Shown: positions 33,080 to 42,121 of the stretch, one piece after another
How positions within the stretch are numbered: position 1 is the stretch's first letter
How the letters are laid out: each line of letters starts with the position of its first letter
From: Perkinsela sp. CCAP 1560/9
Lineage: Eukaryota; Protista; Euglenozoa: Kinetoplastea
Length of the DNA stretch: 64,000 nucleotides
Reading direction: 5' to 3'
Assembly (NCBI GenBank): GCA_965644495.1
Contig: CBFFSA010000005.1
Location: 434,001-498,000 of the forward strand
Translations under genes and position numbers: made by a program
Notes under the pieces: generated by a model
Database searches by the model: none
What the model was told of the DNA's origin: nothing
What the model saw: the letters and a program-made list of their open reading frames with translations, nothing else

Positions 33080-33490
33080 GCCTCGTACTCTTTGATTTCG
33101 TTGATCCGAGACTTTTTTGGTCCCTAATTTGGCCGCTTAAGGATAGCATCCTATGATTCCTGTTTAATTACCTCAGTTTAGCTGCAGTAGTATGTGTAAT
33201 AATAAGCTACAGTAGTATGGTCTTGGTATGAGTACTTGACAAGTACTAATAGTCCACAAGTCTTGTGGACTGTGGGTCAATTAAATGAAATCAACGAAGC
33301 ATGATCCTACTAGTACTGTATTTTCACACGACTTGTAACTTTTTAAAGAAGTCTACATATTGGTATCAATATCTACGTATCAATGTTGGTCTTTTTACAT
33401 GGAGTGTGATCAAAAAAGTAGCAACTTATAGGCATAATACGCGTACGTGCTAATTAAATAACTTGATATTGACTACTGTTCCTACCAACC

Positions 33491-36400
33491 ATGTTGTTTC
33501 GCTCTTATTTTCGTTGCTGTACAGTCTACACCCTTTCAAGGCGAATCCTTGAGCACGATTTAACAAGGCTTTTTTGTGGATCTTTTTCTTCTAATCCTCC
33601 CGAAACAGGTGACTTTCCAAAAAAGGAAATAGCCCTATCCCTGTCAAATGGGCCATGTGTCGATTCTTCTGCGTCAAATGGATCAGTTACAACTTTTGCA
33701 GAGGAATTTTCCGAGAAAAATGAAACTTATTGCCGTCTGGTCGCTAACCTCCGTAACCCTATTGTCCACCCAACTACATTCACACTCCTTCAAAACGCCA
33801 ATACTAAGAATACTTGTGCCCACACTAAAGATGGAACTGCAAGAAATACTCTTGAATTACACATGAATCGTTTAAGCTTCGCTTCTCAATTTTTTGTTAA
33901 AGATGAGCTTGGAAAATCACACGCTTCTTCAATAGAGAAGAGCAATGAAAATGAACTGCATGAGGATTCCAAAGTGCTTTGTTTGGCAGTGATCCGTTTT
34001 CCGCCCCTCACAAAATCAGGAAAGCAAAACATTGACGAGCTCCATGCTATTGCTTACACGATAGCCCTAAGAATCTTTTTTCCCGAGAGGTACGAAACTG
34101 CTGTATTGGAACATCCCGAGGTCGCGGATCTCAACATATGGGATCCCTTCTTACATGGTATACATCTTTTTAGCAAAGGATATTTCTACACACTACAAAG
34201 CCTTGTTCGAATGTTACAGCCTCAGGTTGTAGAAGAAATAATTCCTCCGAGGAATGGCAAAGGAAAGTTTAGCATTATTATTCCGCCTCATCCAGCGTTC
34301 TGCACAGAAAATTCCTGTCCTTTATTTTCAGGCGTAGAACTATATGCCCAAGTCTTAAAACTTGCTGATACCCAAGCATATGTTGCATGGAAACATTTCT
34401 TAAGCGCGGCTCAGGACTTAACTCTATCTCCCTCGCTAAATGCCGTAGCAGTTGTTACTTTAGCTGCACGAAAATTTTTTAATGCGGAAATATTGATTGT
34501 CAGCACGGGTTCGCAACGAGAACAAGTCTGTACGCTTTACTTGGGTACTGATATGACAGGCGTTCAGATAGAAATTGGTAAGTGCACATCAACTACAAAA
34601 AAAGATGCAATCAAGCTTGCATCACTTGGTGCTTTACAAAGCTATTTTCCACTTCTTTATGAACGAACAAAAAAGCTGAGTTGGTATGTAAACCCTCAGC
34701 AGAAGAGCATTACCAAAGATGAAGAGACAAGCCAAGCAACTCCACCCGAGAGGACGCTTTTGCCAGATCTGGAATTTCTTTTTCGCACTTCAAGCTCAAG
34801 AATTGGACTCAGGTGCATTGAACGTACCATTCGACTTTCATTATTAAAATTGCATTGTGTGGAACTCTGGAGTGTTATAAACGGCAAGTGCGTTTCGTGC
34901 GTTTCACGCTACATCGGAAGAAGCAAAACTATAATGATCTCGGATGGTTGTCTTGCTCTATGTAAAAAACATTTTCCTGAAGAATACACTAGATTTTTGA
35001 CAAAAGCAGAGACTTTGAAACAAAGCGCAGCTCTTAAGAAAACTCCAAAAAAAATGATTGGTAAGGATTTTGATTGGAGTAGTACATCCACACTTAATAT
35101 TTTTCGAGAAGCAGTATATCGCGCGTCACGTTTGAATGCCAAACCCATCAGTGAGCATGTAGCATTTAGTAGAGCTTCAAAAAAATATGAAATCAGACTA
35201 GAAACGCCGGATAATCACACACTATATCGTCAAACGAGCTATTTTCATCCCTTGCGTGCATTTTTGGATGCGTTCAAATATGTTTTGAGTGAAACTGAAT
35301 TCTGCAAAGAACTAAACGTATTGGGAATACATGCTTTTCACAAAATAAGAGATTACACGAATGCTCAATTGGATTACACTTTAGAGAGTGCATGTCAGAA
35401 GCTCTTAAGGTGTGAATATGGAGTGGCCCTTGACGTTTCTTCACGCAGTAAGGGAGATTCTGTTGTCGAATGGGAAGCGACGGCATCGATTGCCACCATT
35501 CCCGAGTTTGACAGGATGCAAATTAAAATACCTTTAGAGCCTCGAGAAATTACGTACGTAAGTGGTTACTTAACTAAGCAGGATGCAATACGAGCCGCTT
35601 GTACGCAAGTAATAGCAGCATTACTTCCTGAGATTTTTCCAATAGTAGAACCACTTATGGAAGACCCCCCCGATATACTACTAACACGACAAGAATGTAC
35701 CGACGAACATACTCGGAGCATAGAACAAAGCACTTCAGATGAGGGACCCATGCAACAACATTTGCCAATTGCTCAGAATACAACTCAAATGAGTATTATC
35801 CCTCTTCATTCATATTGCTCCTTTGGTTACATGAGGATCGCGGTACGCTTCGCACTGGGATATCTTCCACGTGAAGAAATAGCATGGGATCCCTCTTGTC
35901 AGATGTACACAGTAATACTTCTTGATAGGAAAGGTGAGGTTCTGTCCGAGACGAAATGCATTTCTAAAATGTACGGTGTCTATCAGGTCTATGACAAACT
36001 CCTCAGTGACTCGCGTTCTATGGGCAAATCGCAAGAACTCTACACACGTATACTAGAAGGTCATCCGTATGATCCCTCGAATCGTTTGCTTCCGGAAGTT
36101 TTGCTTGAGTACGGCATGAAGTATCGCTATGGACTTCAGGTGGAATTTGGAACTGCCATAACTATAGTCAACCACCAAAATCAGCAATGGACTACATCTT
36201 TACAATGCCGCACTTCCCCGGAGCAGGTCTTGTTTCTGTGTTCCGCAACGTGCGCTACTAAATTAAACAGCATACGCGCTGCAAGTATGCGAGCTATGGA
36301 AATTCACATTCCAGAAATTTACGAATTCCATAGTTTACCATTGAACCAGTGGAAAGTGCAACGTATACCAGATATAGTGTCTGTTTTTGACACAGAGTAT

Positions 36401-36871
36401 GGAGAAATGGGTCTCCGGGAACGTATGAAGATGTCAACGTCCCAAGAAAATGAAGTAGAAGCTGGGCCACATCAGGCATCCAAACGTACAACGCCGGACG
36501 TTTCAATGAAAGAAGCTGCTTCGAAATTACTTCCGGACGAAGTGAACAAAACCTCCCTGCAGGATCCGTGGGTCGTTGCCTTCAATTGTGTCAAAAACAC
36601 ATTGAAAGCTGAGAAGCAAGCGACAGCACGTATGGAAATTTTGGAGGGCTCCAATCTCAAAGATCCTGTTGTTGTACGTATCTTGGGTACGCGATTCGAT
36701 GCTTTAAGCACTGACCAAAATAGTGAAACTGAGTACTGTAGCGTTGCACGCCCTGGAGCTGATTTTGCTCGTCTACTAGCGTGTCATACATTCTTGCTGC
36801 AACAGTTTCCTAAGATCCATGCAGATCTCTTAGCTGCTCATCCTCGAATATTTGATGTGTTGCAGTTATGA
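33491..36871 (+). CDS. Large, probably mitochondrial protein with multiple degenerate dsRBD-like repeats
   Basis: Leader-like MLFRSYFRCC; repeated helix motifs TKKDAIKLASLGALQSYFP, TKQDAIRAACTQVIAALLP, TKLNSIRAASMRAMEIHIP, ARLLACHTFLLQQFP, AIAYTIALRIFFP. Confidence 0.55.
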   Translation: MLFRSYFRCCTVYTLSRRILEHDLTRLFCGSFSSNPPETGDFPKKEIALSLSNGPCVDSSASNGSVTTFAEEFSEKNETYCRLVANLRNPIVHPTTFTLLQNANTKNTCAHTKDGTARNTLELHMNRLSFASQFFVKDELGKSHASSIEKSNENELHEDSKVLCLAVIRFPPLTKSGKQNIDELHAIAYTIALRIFFPERYETAVLEHPEVADLNIWDPFLHGIHLFSKGYFYTLQSLVRMLQPQVVEEIIPPRNGKGKFSIIIPPHPAFCTENSCPLFSGVELYAQVLKLADTQAYVAWKHFLSAAQDLTLSPSLNAVAVVTLAARKFFNAEILIVSTGSQREQVCTLYLGTDMTGVQIEIGKCTSTTKKDAIKLASLGALQSYFPLLYERTKKLSWYVNPQQKSITKDEETSQATPPERTLLPDLEFLFRTSSSRIGLRCIERTIRLSLLKLHCVELWSVINGKCVSCVSRYIGRSKTIMISDGCLALCKKHFPEEYTRFLTKAETLKQSAALKKTPKKMIGKDFDWSSTSTLNIFREAVYRASRLNAKPISEHVAFSRASKKYEIRLETPDNHTLYRQTSYFHPLRAFLDAFKYVLSETEFCKELNVLGIHAFHKIRDYTNAQLDYTLESACQKLLRCEYGVALDVSSRSKGDSVVEWEATASIATIPEFDRMQIKIPLEPREITYVSGYLTKQDAIRAACTQVIAALLPEIFPIVEPLMEDPPDILLTRQECTDEHTRSIEQSTSDEGPMQQHLPIAQNTTQMSIIPLHSYCSFGYMRIAVRFALGYLPREEIAWDPSCQMYTVILLDRKGEVLSETKCISKMYGVYQVYDKLLSDSRSMGKSQELYTRILEGHPYDPSNRLLPEVLLEYGMKYRYGLQVEFGTAITIVNHQNQQWTTSLQCRTSPEQVLFLCSATCATKLNSIRAASMRAMEIHIPEIYEFHSLPLNQWKVQRIPDIVSVFDTEYGEMGLRERMKMSTSQENEVEAGPHQASKRTTPDVSMKEAASKLLPDEVNKTSLQDPWVVAFNCVKNTLKAEKQATARMEILEGSNLKDPVVVRILGTRFDALSTDQNSETEYCSVARPGADFARLLACHTFLLQQFPKIHADLLAAHPRIFDVLQL

Positions 36872-37932
36872 TGTGCATATCTAGGCATTTCCTATCCTGG
36901 TAATACATCTTTATAGGAAGTTTTTACTTGCCATAGAATTGCCCTACTTTAACCTGTTTAAAATGCAGGTTATCGTTGTATGGAGGCTGTACACTCTCAA
37001 TCACATTGGCTGGTATCAAAATAAGAAAAACATGAACAAATTATTATTTATTGTAATTGTCATTACTTGCTTTGGATTATCATATCTTTAAATGACATCA
37101 AATCTCTCGGAATGAAAACGTATGCATAAAAATAGAAAATGGTGATTTTTACTATGAGTACAAGGCTGCATAGTAGAATATAGTGTTCTCCTTATTTCCA
37201 ATTTACGCGTTTTCCACTAAGTATGTAAATAAAATCTGATTGAATTATGACACACATTATAGCATTTCTATTCCGTGCAGCCGATAACGTTAGTACAATA
37301 CGATACACAGACTACCGAGTATGGTTCGGGGAGTTAATGTACCGCTGTAATATGAGCTGAAACGAAGTTTTAGGAAGGATGCTCCACGAGCGCACTTCTT
37401 GTGCGGAGGATGGTCCAAGGAGCTAAAGAAGACGGATTGCAGTCATCTATCCCGAGTCTCTCGAGGTGGGTGTGGTGCTCGAAATGGTTCGGACGAGCAC
37501 TCATCCATAAAGCACGTGTTTGCTTAGTGTCTGCCTCAGGCAACCGAGCCGTATAAGGACCCGTTTTTCTTTTTCTGGATGTCTGAAGGACAAGGCCCAG
37601 GGAGTGTACTACGCACAGCAAAGCAGGCCGCATGACGGAAGCTATGTCCTCGAAGTGGATTGTGCTAAGAAAATCGTCCCTAGAGATGGTATTTACAAAC
37701 GTGGACTTCGTCGAAGTGATCACTCCTCCTCCAATCCAATCCAATAGACCGACGTAAGTCGGTTAGAATACTTAACATTGTTCCCTTAAACTTATACTAC
37801 CTCCAAATTCAGAGTTAATATAAGTTTATGTGCACTACTCCTGAAAACACACATTACGTTTCACTAATTTGATACATATTTCTCAGGGTACCCTAAACCT
37901 ACTGGGGGAAAACACTTCCGTCCTGTCAACCC

Positions 37933-38374
37933 CTACTCGGAAGGCTTCCTCTTTCCACCAATTTTCGCTACTTTCCCCCGGAGTTTCTCTTTTGCCTCAG
38001 CTCCGCGCTTGGCTGCTGGCAAAGGTTTCGCCTTTCCCTTTTCTAAGGCTCTATTTTTCATCAGTTTTTCTAAGGTTTTATCTGCTGGAGATTCCTCGGA
38101 GTCTTCAGTTGTTTTCCTCCTTTTCTGCACTGGAGGTCGAGAAAATTTTCGTGCTGTCATGAGTGCCAATCCGTCCGCCTCCTCATTCCATTTATTTCCA
38201 CAATGACTTTTGACTTTGCACATACAAACCGAGAAGGAATCATGTTTTAGTTCGCGTAGTTTATTGTCCAGTTCGTAAAACAAATCTCCATTTGTGACCC
38301 CCTTATATCCAACAATACGCCTCTGCTGACGAAGATTATGAAAAAAGTCCCAAAGATAGTAGGAATCTGTATCA
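37933..38374 (-). pseudogene. C-terminal fragment of an RNase HI-like domain
   Basis: TDSYYL...VTNGDLFYEL...KVKSHCGNKWNEEADGLA (D, H, N, D motifs of RNase HI); N-terminal DG and E motifs not found upstream; opposite strand to all intact genes. Confidence 0.7.
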
Positions 38375-38777
38375 CTCCTCCTAGGAGAGCCCCACCACAA
38401 CCCGAGATGGGACGATAGATAATGGTGTTTGCCTCCGTGACAACCTCCGTGGCATGGGTGCGAACTATGCATTTCTATCAAGGGCTCCTACGCATGACAA
38501 AAAAGGGAAGCGCGCACTGTCGCACGAGTGAACACCCCCAAAAAGAGAATATAATATGCATGATCTTTTGTCAATTTTTCTTTTTTAGTCGTTTCGTTAA
38601 ACACGGAGGTAGTTTTCAACGCCAAGCGCGCAGCTGTGGTGCCTTCTAAGTTGAAAACAACCACCTCGTTTAACGTAGCGATGGAAATTAATAAATATTA
38701 TTGCAAAAATTATTGTTGCAGCTATGCGCACCATTCACGTCCTGGAAAAAGGTCCTGCAGAGTACATAATTTGTATA

Positions 38778-40122
38778 CTCCCCCTCTCATTAATTTTTAT
38801 AAATGGATTCTGAGTTATAAAAATTCGTTTTATGCGCTCTCATTAATTTTTATAAATCAACAAACAAATTCAACTATTCTTTTTAAATTATGTTTCGAAG
38901 CAAACAAAAATGACTCTTTTGTTCTACTGAAAATGGATTACTTCATGGGCGTCCTTCACAGCGGTTTCTTTCAGAGAAGAGAAAGTGGTTGGTTTCTATG
39001 GTGGATAATAATGGTAAGAAAATTACGATAAAGATATCGTTTATGTAAAAAAGCAACTTTCTCATATGTATATATCTATACAGGGCATTACCTGTAGAGC
39101 AATTTAGTCGAAGCAGGACCTACGCATATGACGTCACCTGCATGACGTTTCGCTAACCATAAATATCGTTGTCCCATGAAGGCGATTCCCTTCTTAGCCA
39201 GAGCTGAAAACTGCCCCTAATGGCCGCTTGTATGATCTCGGTACGACACTTATCGGAAAGTTTCGTATCACCCGAAAAGAGGCGACCAATCTGGCGCAGC
39301 GTTTTCGAAGGAAGACCTCTAGCTCCTACTTCAATGCATATCAAATGACAATCAGGATATCGTATTTTGCGTCGGTGGAGAATGTTGCTATATTTTTTTT
39401 GGTAAGTTGGATGCAAACTCGATGTGGAGAAGTAAGGTCAGAACCTCCTCGTAGTCTTCCCTGGAATTGCCATCTCACTGATGGTACTAACGCCGACCAA
39501 CTACCGTTTTCTGGGTAGGGGGGACCTTAGATGAAAATTCATCGAAAGTTACATTGCACGGATGAGAAAAAGCTTGTCTGAGTTCTCAATTTTTTTAGTT
39601 AATTCGAGTTTCCATTCTAGTGTATTTTGATAAATAACCGGGTTTGCGGAAAATTTAAAACTTTCAAGAAAGTACTTTAAAGTTACTTTATTTTTTTCTA
39701 AAAACTTTCAAAAACTCTTTTTTTTGTATACCTTAGAATCACAGAGTTTCTTTCATGATTTTGATTCGTCTGTATTCATTACAGTTTATTATCAGGCCTC
39801 TATACAATACATGATACTCTTTTTTCCGATGCAAAAGCTCACCCGGGGCAGTTTTTGTAAAGAATTCTTTGCTCAAGTACCTAATGCAGAGGGCGACAAT
39901 GTAAATTGTGTCCTGAGAATAACAATAAACGTTTTTGACGGCAAGAGGTCTGCAGCCCGATTACATATCGGCAGAAAGGCATCTTCGAGGGCACGCTAAA
40001 AGCTACGATACGTGCACGGAACAAAGGGAAAAATGTCCCCGTCAAAATATCTTTTTATAATTATAATTATAACTCATTTTTTGTTATAAAATATAATTTA
40101 TAAAAATTAATGAGAGGGGGAG
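38778..40122. mobile_element. Non-autonomous Tc1/mariner-like DNA transposon (perfect 27-bp TIRs, TA flanks)
   Basis: CTCCCCCTCTCATTAATTTTTATAAAT (38778-38804) is the exact reverse complement of 40096-40122; TA on both outer sides (38776-77, 40123-24); subterminal TGAGTTATAA/TTATAACTCA pair and an internal direct copy of the TIR core at 38837-38857. Confidence 0.8.
39070..39530 (-). mobile_element. 5'-truncated, decayed non-LTR retrotransposon: restriction-like endonuclease C-terminus (HERO-like) plus 3' UTR
   Basis: Minus-strand KKYSNIL...LICIEVGARG...IIQAAIRGSFQLWLRRESPSW, and upstream frameshifted EMAIP(W)EDYEE from 39476 equivalent to the RLE ELTVPWE motif. Outer boundaries approximate. 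Confidence 0.75.
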
Positions 40123-41406
40123 TATGCAGTCTACTCGATATCAAGAGTGGAAATCTTCGCGGCAACCAGTACTCACATTACTTCGGCGCCTCCAATTGAA
40201 CCGAACATGAATTTTACTTCTGGGTTCAAAATTTATGAGTTGCAGACGGATACGGAGCTCGCTTACTCCGTTGCACCGAAATCTCACTCCCCATATAGAA
40301 TTGTCCTTTTCCTTAGGAAGAAGATCTAGATCTCGAGGATCAATCTTTTGGGAATTTCGACTGTGTGTATCTTCAATTCATTACAAGTAATCCACTATTT
40401 TTCTTTCATGATGCATATTGCATGGAAATCTACACTTTGGAAATATATTTTTGTTTACTTTTTTATGTTACTTCATCAAACTCTCTTTTTAATGCCTGGC
40501 ACCTCTCCATTTTGATGGCCCTCGGTGTGAAGCGTCTGCTTCTACAGGTTTTGCTGAGAGAGAAGAATACCATCTGCGAACATAATTGCGAATATCTTCG
40601 AATAGGGACACGAATGGGGTACATGAGTTTATTTTGTAAACGTTTTATGCATTATTTTGTATTTGATATCATTGTTATGTTGCGACGTTGGTATTTTTTA
40701 AATGAATATACTAGCTAGTAAAACTAACTAGGGGAAGGGGATTCCTTCTTAATCTTGATGAAATGATCTAATATGTTTCATGTGCATCTTGGTCTGATGA
40801 ATCATTATCTATTTTTAAAACAAATGAAAAAATATCATATTTTAAATGTGAATATCTATTTTTAAGTATGGATTCCTGTTTGCAAAAGAAAGGCCGCGTG
40901 AGATCCTTTGCTTTACCCTCCGAAACTCAACTTTCTCGTTTTCTAAGAAATATTACGAAAGTGCACGCAAGTTGGACAGAAGTAAATGAAGCGTGTAGCT
41001 GGCACCGTGTTAAGTGTCATCAACATGGATTCGTTCGGAGATTGCACTGGTCTGGCCGTGATCTTCGTGGTTCTCTTTACTGGAGATCTCTTCCTCATAC
41101 GGTATCTGTTCTCTTTTTGCATGAAAATTTATTAACGGGCGAGATCATGCTGGGAGACCTACCTCACGAATTATACAAAATTGATGTTGCTAGGAACAAA
41201 TTCTTAGGTCATATGCCAATCAATTAAATGCCGCCTGGTACTCATAAGTGGTTGGCATATATGAATTCGCTGGAAGGTTGTCTTGATCTTTCTCAACTTC
41301 CTCAAACATTACATACCTTGAGTGTCCATGAAAATAGATTTTCTGGAAATATTGATTTGTCTTCGCTACCTTCAACTTTGGTGCATTTGATACAGTTGGT
41401 GATAAA

Positions 41407-41550
41407 GATACAGTTTCTGTACCTTGTTGGTACATTTTCCCTTTAGTTCATCTTTTCTTTCCCCGGCAACGGGCATAATCTTACTGTTTTATATGCCCGT
41501 TGCCGGCCGGCACTAAGGCCGAAACTGTCCCTCTTTCTCGGCGAAGTAGG
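41407..41550 (+). ncRNA. SL RNA-like sequence, copy 1
   Basis: GATACAGTTTCTGTACCTTGTTG|GTAC matches the conserved kinetoplastid SL 3' core and donor (T. cruzi GATACAGTTTCTGTACTATATTG|GTA); followed by stem-loops and AAACTG (Sm-site-like). The canonical AACTAA 5' end is absent; 3' limit is a guess. Confidence 0.5.
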
Positions 41551-41979
41551 GGACGCGCTTCCACCCCATCACCCCTCCCCGGCTCACTCCTTGAGTGGGT
41601 TTTCTTCCCTCCCCGGCTTTCTTCCCTTCGCGCCCTTTTCTTCCCGGGGAGCCATGCGCCATGGTGGCCTCCCTTGAGGACCGCTGGGCGTGGCTCTGCC
41701 TCGCATTATCGCGAGGCAGCGGTCGGTTGCAGTGCGCCCCTCCGGCTGCGTAAAGAGGTGGTGAGTTGCCTGGACCACCTCTACCGACTGGGACCGAGTC
41801 GGTTGCAGTGCGCCCCTCCGGCTGCGTAAAGAGAGGGCGAGTTGCCTGGACCCCCTCTACCGACAGAGTCCGAGCTAAACCCCCTTGGTGCGACATCCGT
41901 CAATACGGATTGTGCCGATGATATCGGCTGTCGCATCAAGGGCTGTATCTCTGCGCCAACGAGCGCATGAACATCAAAA

Positions 41980-42121
41980 GATACAGTTTCTGTACCTTGT
42001 TGGTACATTTTGCTAGCCCTTCCTTTCTTTTCCCGGAAACAGGCATATTCTTACTTTTAAATGCCCGTTTCCGGCTGACTGCTAGCTGGAACTGTCCCTC
42101 TTTGTCGCGGAAGTAGGGGAC
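41980..42121 (+). ncRNA. SL RNA-like sequence, copy 2
   Basis: Identical 32-nt GATACAGTTTCTGTACCTTGTTGGTACATTTT, with covarying downstream hairpins; 3' limit is a guess. Confidence 0.5.

Noticed and set aside
37370-37747. ORF fragments of 124 aa (-) and 75 aa (+) at the start of the mobile island
   Set aside because: Coding-like composition but no motif I can recognise; cannot support a call.
37797-38612. Possible second Stowaway-like TIR pair (CTACCTCC / GGAGGTAG) bracketing the RNase H fragment
   Set aside because: Only 8-9 bp match, right flank is TT not TA, and inner sequences do not extend the repeat; could be chance or very old.
40130-40290. Cluster of short hairpins just outside the right TIR
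   Set aside because: No second copy for covariation, strand ambiguous, no match to tRNA/snRNA motifs.
41225-41227. In-frame TAA in the LRR gene as evidence of stop-codon reassignment
   Set aside because: All conserved genes read through in the standard code and end at TAA/TAG/TGA; the gene is independently disrupted, so a nonsense mutation is simpler.
41649-41696. GAGCCATGCG...GCGTGGCTC hairpin resembling group II intron domain V
   Set aside because: No AC bulge or GNRA loop, wrong length, no GUGYG start or domain VI; lower stem poorly kept in unit 2.
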